The notes under the pieces: generated by a model
What the model was told of the DNA's origin: nothing
What the model saw: only the letters and a program-made list of their open reading frames with translations
Databases searched by the model: none
Shown here: positions 1-12,872 of the stretch, in pieces
Layout: each line of letters opens with the position of its first letter
How positions within the stretch are numbered: the first letter of the stretch is position 1
Position numbers and translations under genes: made by a program
Assembly (NCBI RefSeq): GCF_003704095.1
Contig: NW_020843606.1
Location: 186,001-250,000, forward strand
Source: Pocillopora damicornis
Taxonomy: Eukaryota
Length of the DNA: 64,000 nucleotides
Direction: 5' to 3'

Positions 1-2431
1 AACTCAATCAATCTCTGAAACAAAATAACAAAAATTGTTCAAATGTTCCTGTTAGTCTTCATGGTACAAATCTGACTCCAACAATCTCTGTGATAAAACA
101 ACAAACACATTTTTTTTAATTTCACTGCAAGTGTTTCTGGTACAAATCTCTTATGAACATAACTGGCTAGTGCCAATGTTCACTCTACCCACCACCTAGT
201 GCGCATTGGGGGCGCTGTGCAATGTGGTGAAGCCGCACAGGGGAGTCCTGGGGGATTATTTTTGGTGCGAATATATGCGTAATTGGCAAACAAGCCATTA
301 CTGCGCTGTTATCGTTATTTAATACAGTCAGAGACAATAACGGAAATTTCATCATTGATTCGTCACCCAGTATATGACACAATCCCCACACAACGATGAA
401 ATCAGCTGGATTATTCTAAAGCCACAAGTGGACAACAATAAAGACAAAAGGTTCCTTTTAAAAACCAGTTTCTCGAATCTTACATCTGTAAATATCTCGA
501 GCTGGAGCTCCCAATGAATGGTCTGCCACGCTTTGTTGATGTAAAATGCATAGCCAGTAATGAGATTCTAATAAATATGTTGCCTCGCTTTCCGCTTTAC
601 AAGTATGCTGCAAAAGTTCTTAAAAGCGTTCCGACACATGTAACCGACGTGGAGGAATAGAACAAAATTAGCTTCTACTTTGAGTTACGAGTTCACAAGA
701 GCTTAATGATGAAGAGCGCATTACCTTCGTGTCCAAGAGTTCGTCCCATATTCCTTCGACTTCTAAAATACCGTATCGCTTGCTAAAACTTATCCGGCTC
801 AGGCTTATTGGTTCTGTAAGCTCCAATACCCCAGATATGGTGTGCCTTCAAACAACTTTTTGATGGCACCCTCCATTATTTACTGACCAATGTCGTACCC
901 AGATCTCACTCTGTCTTACGTCAAAAAGCTGCAAGATGATCCTCCTCAAGTGGCACCCCAGATTTAACTGATTTTATTAAGAGTAAAACCCTGAAAGGCT
1001 TATATTGTGTTTTAGTTTGAAGTGTTTCTTTTATGTTTCTTATTTTGCAGTAAGTTGGCTTGTAATGGCTACTTTTCTCTCAAACATTTTTTTTCAGCCC
1101 AGTCAAAATATTTTTGAGGAGGCAAGCTGGCATAAGAAGTAGAGGCCGAACCTCGTTCAGACTAGACCGAGTTTAACAAGTGTGAAGTAAGCAGCAGATA
1201 TTTTGTTGCAGGCGGCCAAATCCCCAGCTGCCGGCACATTTTGACTGTGCTATTTGTTTTTCAGCTACTAAGTAATTTTATTAAAAGTTACTGCATTCCT
1301 TTCTAATAATTTGCTGCTAATTGATCTGGCAACTTGAGTGTATGCTGTGATTTGTGTGATTTTCATACGTAAACTAGAAATACCTGACGATGGTGATGAT
1401 GTACTAGATGATGTACTTGATGCCAAGCAATTTTGGTATAAAGTGTACGCCTTGCCCGTAGGTGATTTTAACTTGCTAGTAAGACTTGTAATTCACATAA
1501 TACACATTAGCTGAAATAGGAATAACAAAAGAAAATAGTTATATTTAACTATACCAAGCTTTGGTTTTATATCCAAATTAAGCACTTTATCGAAGATCAC
1601 AGCACTGATCAGGCCGAGAAGGCCGAAACAGCACTGTATGCTGTTAGTTTAATTTCTGTCATTTATATTTATCTATTTGAATTATCAATGTTTCATTGAG
1701 TTACAATTCATTGATCTCTTGCGATAGAGCAGGTCCACATATGTAATCTAATCCCACATGTATGTATGTGTGTATGTATGTATCTGCCCAGTCAAATTTT
1801 TTTGAGCGGAAGGCAAGCTGGCAATAGTAATAGGCAGCAGAGGCTGAACCTCGTCTTGAATAGACACATTTTTACTGAGCTGATTGTATGTATTATGTAT
1901 GTCCACTTCTTTTTGGGTGTTAAACTGATCAAAGTACTAAAAAGAGCTCTGTGATAACTTGGTAATCCAAGATGTAAAAATTTTTAATAATAAGATAAAG
2001 CTTGATCATTCTTTAGAGTTTGCATCTGCTGTAAAAATTAGGGGGAGGATCAGGGGAGCATTATTTATACATATGTATATAAAAAAAAACCAAAACAAAA
2101 CAAAACAATACTATCAAGCTATCCTATTCGTCTCCAGTTAAATTGCCGAAATCTCACAAAACACTCATGTTTCTTTTCCTAAATTCTAGACTATTCATTT
2201 AATGCGTTGGATGACAGAGAATACCACAGCAGACATCAGTTCCCAGCGTTCTGGAAACAGGCAGAGACCAAAACTACTTTACAGATGACTTCACCTTTTA
2301 TTCAGCTAAACGCAAGTTATAATCTAATTGTTTAAAATTCGTATATTTACATAAAGTGAACTCGTCCCTTCAAACTGAGCAAGTAACGATATCAGAATCT
2401 GGTTGTTTACATGCGTTTCACAGCTTAGACC

Positions 2432-5400
2432 ATGGATTTTCTACTTAAGGGAAACACCTTAATTTTGATTATTTTTACTATGGCTTTATTGCTAACTCCA
2501 TGGACTGATGCACAAAGTAAGTGTGTGTATGTTTGTTTGTGTGTGTTATTTAAATCAGGAATTGCAAGCGACTACGTCAAAGGAAAACTCAGAACGTTTG
2601 ATGAACTGCGTAGCTCTTGTGGAAAAGCAGACACAGGTTATTGTATTACAGCTTAAAAATAAATCATTTTTCATTTTTTTTAGAAACTTCGTCACCAACA
2701 AAATGACACAAATAGGTCTGATCTTTGTTGTTGAATACGTTAGATGTTTGTTGTCCAATCTGTGCAACAGTCACAGAGAATTTGTACAATCTAACTGGAC
2801 AAATTTGAAGGAAGGAATAGGAAAAGGAGAATAGTTATTTGTTGGTGCTACTCATCTGAAAAGAAAAAAAATTCCTCTAGTCAAAGCTGAATTGTGATTT
2901 CATTAGTTGATGAGGCAAGAATTTAGACACGATCACAATGAGTGGAATGAAAAATTTCGCAAACTGAGCAAATTTGACTATGGAGAGTTTTGAGGAAGTT
3001 ACAAATTACATTGAGCATTACAAATTTACGCCACTTGGTTGCATAGTTTATAGGAGAAACAAAACATTCGTGTGAAGAAGGTAGCCTGAACATCAAATAG
3101 GTTCGAAATGCCGTGACAACATTGACTTTCCGATTTCACGCCTGGCTACAGACGTTGTATACATAAATTTTATTAATGGCATTGAAGGTTTTGGCTGAGG
3201 AGGTTATGAATATTGGACGTTTTACGTGAAGGTTGCGCCGTCTGTCCCAGTTTCCGCTTTCTTAGGCACCAAACTGGCGGTTTTTCCGAGGAAGTGTGTA
3301 ACAAAAGTTAGAGAGGATATCGTGCTTTTTTATCGATTTGCGTAATTATCAAAACGAGCATAATTTTGACCATAACTACTTTTACAAGCACAATCTATAA
3401 CGGCCTAGCTTTTACTTATCAACCGCTGAAATACAGGGGCTTTATGACCTTGTCATATTTTGATACAGCAATTTTCACAGTTTCTGCAGGATGTCCGAAT
3501 GAAGAAGAGTTAGGTGTTAAGGTACCAAGCTCGAAAAGAATTCCAGACAAGTACATGACGTCATCATCGCACCAGAGTAACGGGCACCAGGCTTTCCGTG
3601 GTCGAATTGGTTTGGAGAGCAAAGGATCATGGGCTGATGGATGGTGTGCGTCACAGAGCGACTCAGATCCCTACATACAAATCTTCTTCGGTATGTATTT
3701 TGACGTAAGCCAGAAAAACTGAACCGAATGCAGCCGGTCGAGGTATATTGAGGTCGAAGCTTTTTGCGCAGAGTAAAAAGTCAGTTAATTTTGCCTTGTT
3801 CTGTCGTTTTAGTCGAGCGATACCATCTCGCAAAAATAGCAGTCTAAAAAGATAAGCTTGACATTACACAATATTTCCCTAAGAAGGGATACAAGACTGC
3901 GTCGAATTCATTACTTGTATCCAGAATTCCTGGCGTGTACCCAAACTTAACAAAGAGGCGTTAGATTCTTTTCAATTTCACAACAATGGTCTATTGTTTG
4001 TCAATTCCTGTTTCTTCCTCAGAACATTTGACATATTTTACGATCATTGAGTCGGAAGGAGTCGTTATTGATGGTGAAAAGATTTTTGTTAAAGCCTTTG
4101 AAGTCTCAAACAGCAATGACTCTAAGGATTGGACGTTTTACTCTGAGGGAGGCATAAAAAAGCAGGTAATAACCATTAAATCGGTTCAGAGACAACAGAA
4201 TTCGAGACCATTAAGTTAGGTATGCATGCATGCATGCACTCATTCATTTCATCATGCAAACCAGCATGCTGTCATCCATTTCATCATGGATCATGCATTG
4301 AATTATGAGTTCACGCAGACATTATCCATTCATTAATTCGGCAACAATTCACTTATTTCTCATTTATTTCTTTGTTTATTTTTTTGGAGGGTGGGGGGGG
4401 GTTGTCTCTCTGTTTGTTCTCGATTTTGGGGATTTTTCTTTTATTTCAAATCATTATAGGAATCTAAACACCAATTTTCTAAAGTTAAAAACAATGATTT
4501 TCATCGATAACAGTACTGTTTCATAATTTTCATCAACCCCAGCAGACACGGTCGAATTTTTCTTTAAAAATTTGAATCATGCTTTAACATGAACTTATAT
4601 CGAATTATCTGTACAAAGTTTTCAGCTAATGACGACGTAAAAGCAAAGAATACGACGTTGAAAGACACGTGGGCTCATTATATTCGTATTTATCCAAAGA
4701 GCCGCACGGGAAAATGGATGTGTATGCGTATTGCTTTGTATGGATGTCCATCAGGTGAGATGAAACTTCGGTTGAGCTGAAAATTTATTTCCTTTAGCAT
4801 TCAAATAGAGACTAACAGGCTAGCTTACAGTTTACACTAATAAAGGGGGTAAATTTCTAGAGAAAAATTTCTAAATTTTCTACACACAATGTGTCGCTGT
4901 GATAGTGAGAGAGCATGGCAAAGGACTGACGCTCAAAGCGTCAGCTTCGAAACTCTTTTTGGTGGCTAATTTACGTTATCAACTAAGCTGATAATGTTAA
5001 ATAACCCTGTTGCAGTTTACACAAACTTGAATCCAGGAATTGGGACGAGGGAGGGGGTCCAAATTTATATCCAGACGACACAAAGCCTAGATAGGCTACG
5101 AAATAATTCAAGAAAAGTAAATTCTAAATTCTTCAAGTTGAGTTGTATTATGTGATCCTGATGTTTTTGGTGTCAGACAAGTCGACAAGATAACCACAGC
5201 TCTAATGGGTAGACGGAGTGGGTTCCGAGACCCGTAGACCTACCCCCTGGATTTGCGGTTGTGGCCAAATCAAAGTGATTTCCGTTCAGGTTGTCGAAAC
5301 GTTATTCATTTTTACCGTAAACAGACCTTTTCAGGACTACTTTGCACACGAATGATAACGAGAGAATATTTAAAAATTTTTTGAAATACTTGTTTCGATA

Positions 5401-7297
5401 ATTTCTCTATAATCCTCCGTTAAAATCACTTTGTTCATTGCGTTAGTTTAAACTTAAGATGTTAAAGGAGGTGTATAAAAAATAAATAACGTCGCGTTTC
5501 TTGAAATTATTGTTTTTTTCTCTGGCTTTTCTACTGGTGGGCAAAATAAGAAACGGGTAAGCTGTTGTAGGTTATTAACCTATTGGATTCATGTTTATTG
5601 TGTAAGTATCTGTAGCAGGCAGTGTAATGTCTCTAACGTTATGTATCATTAGAGTCATTCTTTTTGTCTTTGAGAAAGATGGTCCCAGAAAGTTCCTTGA
5701 TTCTGATCTCATTAGTAATGGAGCACTTGCGAAGAAGCCTTTGAAAGAAACTCTCTTCTTAGGTAGGAACTACTGAAAAGGAGGCATGATATAGTAATTC
5801 AGTGTTATCGTTATCGTTATCGTTGCTTCCGAAATGTACTTTAAATGTAAACACTTTATTTTGTACTTTTCAGTAATTCCAATTGTATTGTTTGGTTGTG
5901 TGATCATTGCTGGTCTGTTATGCTTCTGCTGTCGGCACAGGTGGGTAACAAGAGGAGTAGACATAACGGGGCTCGTAAGATAAAATTGCTGGACTGAAAC
6001 AACATGGAAGGGAGGGTATCTGAGAAATTGCACACCCTCCCCTCCGTTAACCCAACATTGGCCCTAACTTGTTATCAGTTTACTTTTATTGGGTTAGGGG
6101 CGGGGGAGGTGCGCAATTGCTCTGATAATAACGCTGATCCACAGATTATCACAAAGAAATATGTTACACATACGAACGTGGGATCCAAAAAAAAGATGAG
6201 GATTCCAGCCCCAGCCAGTTTTGATTTCATCTTCCCATACTCTATCACTGGGCTACTGTGAATTTGTTGGAGAAACAACCCATCTAAAGGGTTCGGAAGT
6301 ATTTGGTTGATTTAAATTTAGAAAGGGGTGGTTTTGTGTCAGAAATTTATGATGAAATTATGTTTAGTTAGAAGTGTATATGTTAGAAGTATATGTTAGT
6401 GTTGATATGATGTATAGTATACAGAATGCAAATGAGAAGGTGGAGAAGTGTAAAAATGATGATGCGACAGATGTTGATGTTTGGTCGCGTTATGAGTTGA
6501 ATTGTTAATGGTTGTAATTGAGTGTCCTTTAACATTGCTGAGAGTTGCGTGAACAAACGTATTTTTTGCTTCTATGTCTGCCCCGTCACATGTCTATCGA
6601 TTGGCTAACCTTGACATCTCTGTAGATCTCTCTGCGAAACGTTAAACGAGAGTTATTTGTATCTCAGACCTAAGAGAGCACGTCGAATAAGAGAGAAGAA
6701 AGAAAAGAAAGAGAAAGAAGCACAGCATCAAACAGAGGCCAAACTTGGAATTGATAATGAGATAGTCTATGAGCAACCACCTCCCTATGAATTTCAAACT
6801 GTCTCCCTTGACTTTAACAACGACATGGAAGATGGTGGGTTTCCGAACGATAACTCCGCCCAGCTGGAGAAGCCTGTTTTTACTGACGATAACAAGGTAA
6901 TCAGAACATTAACTTCGCAGAAATTTTCTCGGAAATCCTCTCGTCTGAATAGAATTATCACAAGAGCAATGAAAACAAAAATTACATTACTCGAAGGTGG
7001 CCATTTAAAATTTAAAATACGCCGCGACGTCTGGAACTAGAAAAATTTTATAAGGGGTATGGGTATGGCGGAGAGACTCTGATATTCCCGAAAGATGTAA
7101 TCGCATTTTTGCATCAACTGACAATTTTATAAGTTTTTTCTGTTCCTTTATTGATTAAATTTGGAAGTATTCTGGCTGGTGATTTAACCTAAGAAAGGAG
7201 ACACTCTCGTTCTCCAAGAATATTATCACTAACCATTTTTTTATTTGCCATCTTTCAGTTCTTCTCTTTTGAACGGAACGCTATTGATTATTCTTAA
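2432..7297 (+). CDS. Discoidin (F5/8 type C) domain single-pass type I membrane protein, 8 exons (approx. 2432-2516, 3481-3690, 4023-4165, 4619-4754, 5679-5762, 5874-5940, 6668-6896, 7259-7297)
   Basis: Signal peptide MDFLLKGNTLILIIFTMALLLTPWTDA. FA58C motifs GCPNEEELG..IPDKYMTSSS, GWCAS..DPYIQI, SNDSKDWTFY and YIRIYP..CMRIALYGC. TM segment VIPIVLFGCVIIAGLLCFCC followed by a basic stop-transfer run. GT-AG junctions with compatible phases. Confidence 0.85.
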
Positions 7298-7703
7298 GCT
7301 GAAACTACAGTGGGNNNNNNNNNNNNNNNNNNNNNNNNNNNNNNNNNNNNNNNNNNNNNNNNNNNNNNNNNNNNNNNNNNNNNNNNNNNNNNNNNNNNNN
7401 NNNNNNNNNNNNNNTCTTGTACTGAAGTGAGACTCCTTTGCCCAATTTGGAATGCTGGTAAACGTAAGAAAACGGAGAGAGCTTTCCCGAGAAAGGCCGC
7501 ACGAGATTATGTGTATGTCACGGGGTGCGATGTGAGGCAACAATATAATTCGTGAATATTTGCGAAGAAAAGAAATTTAAGTTACTTCATCACACATGAT
7601 GTTGGCCTTAGTTGCAAGAACAATTGCAAATGATTCCAGTGTTGACTGTCAGAGTAACCTTGAATATGACAAACTTATAAAACTTTGATGTCAATTAAGA
7701 TAA

Positions 7704-7873
7704 TTCCCGGAAATGAAAACAACCACTTCCTGTTTTCTGGGAAAAGCTTCAAGGCTGATTAACCGATACGGGAAAGTCCCTTATGAGCTGTTTTTGCATG
7801 ACGGAAAAGGATGTGGCGCTTTCTGATTCGCTACAAAACTTTTCAGATTTAAAAGGTCAGCTTTATATTTATA
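7704..7873 (+). promoter_or_regulatory. Proximal promoter of TMEM121-like gene A with GAS, IRF-like, ETS, GAS, NF-kB and TATA-like motifs
   Basis: TTCCCGGAA 7704-7712; GGAAATGAAAAC 7709-7720; ACTTCCTG 7725-7732; TTCTGGGAA 7735-7743; GGGAAAGTCCC 7770-7780 (reverse complement GGGACTTTCCC); TATATTTATA 7864-7873; ATG at 7926. Confidence 0.55.
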
Positions 7874-7925
7874 GCAGTCAGAACTTTTTGCTTACAAACC
7901 TCCTGGCCCTTCGATCTCGCTGATT

Positions 7926-8909
7926 ATGGCTCGTTGTCCGTTTGAATTGACACTGAAGAACACAGGACGGATTGCATTTGGCGTTATCTTGGTAATTCAA
8001 GCAATTTTCCTCGCTTTCTATCCTGGCGAGTATGAAAATTCTAAATGGTACAGTTTATTAACAGTTTTCCTCCCAGCACTTGGTGCGTGGTCTTTGCTGT
8101 TATGTTTGCAGAAAGCCACACTTCGTTGGCTGTTATTAGTCTGGAGTCTCTACATTGCTGCTTTGATAGTGAATATCGGGATCATTTTTGGATTGGTTGG
8201 AGACAAACTTGGCACCAAGAAGTTCCCGAGCTTGGGTCTCTTAAAGGGAATTCTATGCCTCACGCCTCCTCTGTTATTACTGTTGCTACACAATGCAGAT
8301 GACCTGGATCGATCTCAAGAACGCAAAGATTTAGTGTTCAAGCTGTCTTTTCAAATGGCCATCGATCTGTTCGATGTTATTGACATGATTGACATTGTTT
8401 TGGATGACATAGGACGTGCGAATGAAGCTCAGAGCCTACCTGCAGATGTTATAGCCACATTAAACAAAACCCTTAAGGGGACTCTACCAAGCTTCACACT
8501 CAACACCACAGGTATATTAACCTCGGAATTAAACAAAAGCCTTGCAATACCTCCAGTATTTGGTAGAGTGATGATAGGAGTCGCATGTTTCAGTCTCATG
8601 TTGTCTATATGGCAATGGGCTGAAAACAAGCTCTCCACGACTGACACGGGGATTCAATTTCGAACAGCAGTTGCACGCAACGTTCTAGAAGTGATCTTCG
8701 TCAATTTCTTTTTCTTGGTCATCCGTGGAGTGGTTTTTTTTAGGTACAGCCAAGACGACTTTGTTTTTATAGCCAAGAATTTTATCGCAATAATTTTTTC
8801 AATTTTGGAAATTCACGCTCTTTGTCAATCGCATTCAACCACGTTTGTAAGTCTATGTAAAGTGGAATGGCAAAAATGTTCTGCGCGACTCAGAGAGTTC
8901 AAAGGGTGA
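7926..8909 (+). CDS. TMEM121/CECR6-like multipass membrane protein, subfamily A (intronless, 327 aa)
   Basis: About 7 hydrophobic segments. Family-like motifs LCLTPPLLLLLL, IDLFDVIDM, VNFFFLVIR and FIAKN. Confidence 0.8.
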   Translation: MARCPFELTLKNTGRIAFGVILVIQAIFLAFYPGEYENSKWYSLLTVFLPALGAWSLLLCLQKATLRWLLLVWSLYIAALIVNIGIIFGLVGDKLGTKKFPSLGLLKGILCLTPPLLLLLLHNADDLDRSQERKDLVFKLSFQMAIDLFDVIDMIDIVLDDIGRANEAQSLPADVIATLNKTLKGTLPSFTLNTTGILTSELNKSLAIPPVFGRVMIGVACFSLMLSIWQWAENKLSTTDTGIQFRTAVARNVLEVIFVNFFFLVIRGVVFFRYSQDDFVFIAKNFIAIIFSILEIHALCQSHSTTFVSLCKVEWQKCSARLREFKG

Positions 8910-9153
8910 CTGAAATGATGTATAACTCGCAGATAATGATTTAACCGAATCACAATTATTTTATAAGAATTAATAAGTGTAGGAAAAAACACTTCTCGGC
9001 GCCGTTCAAACATTTTTTTGGTATAACAACATGTGATGATTACAAACTTTCATAGTCCATATTGGTAATAAAAATCAATTATTGTGGTTTAGTTTTATTA
9101 CTGTTGTTCACTTTAGATAACGTAGTAAGTTGATTCGCTGTCTATGATTATAT

Positions 9154-9320
9154 TTGGAAGTATTCTGGCTGGTGGTTTAAACCTACGCCTACTTCAAGAA
9201 CTTATATGCATTCTGCAAGAAGAAATAGAGAATATCTATACTATCCATTTTTTTAATTATTTGCCATCTTCCAGTTCTTCTCTTTTGAACGGAACTACTT
9301 AAGCTGAAACTACGGTGGGA
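9154..9320 (+). repeat. Duplicate of the last intron end and last exon of the discoidin gene (copy of ~7159-7314)
   Basis: Shared TTTGGAAGTATTCTGGCTGGTG and TTATTTGCCATCTT.CAGTTCTTCTCTTTTGAACGGAAC...TTAAGCTGAAACTAC. Confidence 0.8.
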
Positions 9321-9880
9321 TTCAGCGTGCACTGAAGACGTGCGAGACCACTTCTTTAGTTGTGATGATTCTGCCAACATAATTTCAGAGTGGACATTAT
9401 TTCAGCTTATTGTCTCAGCATTGATTTTATCATGGCCTGATCGATTTTCTACCGCCAAATTAAAATTTACAATGAAGACCTCGTGAGTTCCATAATTTGA
9501 TAAACTGATTAATTTTTTGTTAGGAGAAAAAATAATGGCTTTGAAATAAATGAAAAATTAAAGTATTTGTACTCCATATAAGTTGAAAAGAGAGTTTTGG
9601 GTTGATATTTTGTGGTCCGACATGTTTGTAATTTGACGTCAGTTGAGGAAAATGCACTAATTTGTTGTTCGTTATTGTTGTTAGATATTTTTTCTTCACT
9701 AGATGGGGACAATTTGTTACTATATGTTTATAGATAAACGTTTTGGGGGTGTATATTTTCTCTGTTTTCATTCAGTAGCTNNNNNNNNNNNNNNNNNNNN
9801 NNNNNNNNNNNNNNNNNNNNNNNNNNNNNNNNNNNNNNNNNNNNNNNNNNNNNNNNNNNNNNNNNNNNNNNNNNNNNNNN

Positions 9881-10334
9881 GTTGTTGCTTTTGAGTACTG
9901 GAACAGATTCCAACAGCTACAGAGATCAAATCTGGCAGATATCCCTACGAATGGCTCTGGATCTCTTTGATGGAGTTGAAATGCTGGAAGTTATCATCGA
10001 AGAAAATGAAGTCAGCCATGGCGTTCCAAAGTCCTTTGAAAAAGCCATACTCGCTTTTGTCTGTATCAGTTTTATCCTCTCCCCATTGCAACTGGTTGAG
10101 ATAAAGTTAAGAAGTTCCAATAGGTGGGGATTTCTACATAGATGTAGAGAAGGTTTGCGAACAGCCCTACAGATCATCTGTGTTAATTGTGTGTTTTTGG
10201 GGCTTCGCATGTATCTATGGCGGGGCTATGGAAAAGATGCCTCTATTTTTATCGCTAAAAATGCTATTGTAATTTGCCTAGGCCTTTTCGAGGTATGTTC
10301 AATCGGTAAATGTTGTGGTTGTGACGATTATTGA
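9881..10334 (+). CDS. TMEM121-like subfamily B, C-terminal half (5' part lost in gap)
   Basis: Open frame with LDLFDGVEM, VNCVFLGLR, IFIAKN and a Cys-rich end KCCGCDDY*. Confidence 0.75.
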
Positions 10335-10509
10335 GCAGAATTTTACATAGAATCGCCCAGTAATCGGTATAAACTTGACAATCTTTCTGGGAAAACCATG
10401 GAAAAATTTGAAACAATTATCGTGAGCGTTTCATTAGAAGCAAATATCTTTAAATGATTTCATTTTTATCTTATACTCTCTTCTTAATATTAGTCTTGGA
10501 TTTAAGATA

Positions 10510-10999
10510 GAACTTGACTCGTTTTGGATTTGTTCTATGGACCAGATGTCTTGACGATGACCCTTTGCCTAACTCCGCTCCTTTTGTTGCTGTTGCTTAA
10601 CACATTTGAAACGAAAAGTAAAGACAGAGAGTTCTTATTAAAACTGGCCTTCCAAATAACATTAGATCTCTTCGACGGAATTTAAATGCTGCAAGTTTTT
10701 CTGGAGGGAAATGAACTTAGCATTCCCAAGCGCTTTAAGGCAGCTATCATTGCCTTCGTTTGCATAAGTTTTGTGCTTTCGAATTTTCAATTAGAGGAGA
10801 ACAGGATTTCAGTCTATTTACAAATACACAGCCTTCATCCGTATCACCCTTCAGATTTTACTCAGTAATTGTGAGTTTTTGGGCCTTCGTTTGGCTCTGT
10901 TCTTTAAGTTCAAGAGAGATGCGTCAATTTTCATTGCCAAAAATGGCATTTTGATCAATCATAGGATTTTGGAGATTTTTCAGTGTTGTAAGGGTTAGT
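10510..10999 (+). pseudogene. TMEM121-like subfamily C pseudogene, 5'-truncated
   Basis: Highly similar to 29901-30659. In-frame TAA after DLFDGI and later frameshifts. Confidence 0.8.
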
Positions 11000-11209
11000 N
11001 NNNNNNNNNNNNNNNNNNNNNNNNNNNNNNNNNNNNNNNNNNNNNNNNNNNNNNNNNNNNNNNNNNNNNNNNNNNNNNNNNNNNNNNNNNNNNNNNNNNG
11101 GCCGATGTGGCCGTTTACCTGAAAGATTTCTTCTGTTGGTAAAGATGAATGAGAATTTTGTAAATTTAAATTTACGTCCATGATTGTTTTTGTAATCATG
11201 ATTCAACGA

Positions 11210-11835
11210 CTATTTCCATCCTGAGCCTTAGCGCCAACCCACTTTGCGATTTTTATTGGGGAATTGTCCATTCCTTTATTTTCAGTCATGAATAAAGTCG
11301 GCTTTTCTTGTTAGTATAGGGCTTTTGTGTTTATATGATAAACAAAATAATACATGATTTTATAAATAATTGGTGGGGTGCTCTAAGTCATTTAAGTGTT
11401 TTAAAAACCTGAAAGTTTTTGTTTGATATTGCTCGAAGCAAAATATAAATCAACCGGATCCCAAATGAGCATTCTCTTCAAAACTCCAGTTTTCCTTTTC
11501 CCCCATTTTTTTTTCTTTTGTACAAAATTCATACAAACTACGGTGTTATACATCTTGAGCCTCCAGCGCCATCCCACTGTGCGTTTTTTTAAGGGAAATT
11601 GACGATTTCTTTATTTTTATTCATTAATAAAGTCGACTATTCTTGTCAGTAAAGGGCTATTGTGTTTATATGATAAACAAAATAATACAAGATTTTATAA
11701 ATAATGGGTGGGGTGCTTTAAGACATTTAGGTGTTTAAAAACCTGAAAAATTTTGTTTGATATTGCTCGAAACAAAATGTAAATCAACCGGATACTAATG
11801 AGCATCCTCTTCAATACTCCAGTTTTCCTTTTCCC
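11210..11835 (+). repeat. Tandem duplication of ~340 bp
   Basis: CATC.TGAGCCT..AGCGCCA.CCCACT...ATATGATAAACAAAATAATAC...AAATCAACCGGAT...CTCCAGTTTTCCTTTTCCC occurs twice (~11215-11505 and ~11550-11835). A related copy lies at ~26330-26420. Confidence 0.85.
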
Positions 11836-11864
11836 TAACTTTTGTCTTTTGATATTTTCTTACT

Positions 11865-12426
11865 TGGGTTAAACATGATAAAACCGAAGCAAGCCAACGC
11901 GAACATTGCTGAACTGAATGCTTTGGGTATTCCAAGGTCGTACTCTCTTCCTTCTAACACGATATGTATCATCTCGACTCTATCGAACAGATCGATGGTC
12001 ATGGGCAACCACAAATAGGAAAACAATCTCTGTTTCTTTATGATTTTCGTGTGAATCATCGAGATCGCCTGTGTTCGGCAATAGTAGTAGCAGAAGTGGT
12101 GTAATGCACAGAATCGCCTTAAATACGTTTGGACTCAAAAACTCGGTCTTGCTGATTCTATCTCCGAGCATTATTACTACCATTGCGATGTTTACAACCA
12201 AAGCCACGATATACAGACCCCAAATTCGAAACAGTCAACCAAGGTACAGCGATTTGAAATATAGACACACAATCCAAGCAACAACTGCTGAGCCGAAGGA
12301 AAAGGTTATGAAATACCAACTATATTTGCCATCATACTTCGCGAGATAAGCAGATAGAAGTATGCTCTGTATAGTTATCAGACCTAAGAAAGCCACTCTT
12401 CTGAGAAATGTTGAAAACGAAGCCAT
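11865..12426 (-). pseudogene. TMEM121-like subfamily D pseudogene
   Basis: MASFSTFLRRVAF... with an internal stop at ~12235, a frameshift near 12020 and 3' truncation. Paralog of 27155-27961. Confidence 0.8.
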
Positions 12427-12872
12427 AATATGTCTAACAGCTGTTTGAAACTAGAAGAAGCAAATTGTGTTGACTACTGCAATAGTAATTGATACTGTAC
12501 ATTTGTAAGAAAAACTTCGCAGTGAATGAGGAAACGCCTCATCTATCCTGATCAAATGATGCAAGAATGAATTACCCGAATATTCCAGAAGTTTAAATGC
12601 ACAGACTGATTGCATACGTAATTTGGTCACTGCTGAAGACTTGATATTCCTATGTAGCTTCCTTAATCAGCGATTCTGGCTTTTTATTTGTATTTGTTCA
12701 CATCTGCTTTTCTCGGAATAGATTACTCCACTGTATTGCACTTTCAAGAAAACTTTCTTGAAATCGGCGTAGAGTTTATTTCGATGCAATTATTTTAGCA
12801 GCAACTTTGTTATTGGACTTTCTTGAAGAAACGCTTATCGTAGAAAAACCTTTCAAAAAGGATATCTTTCTC

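Noticed and set aside
1095-1870. Short diverged direct repeat (~1098-1170 and ~1787-1866)
   Set aside because: Non-coding, about 75 bp, with no interpretable structure.
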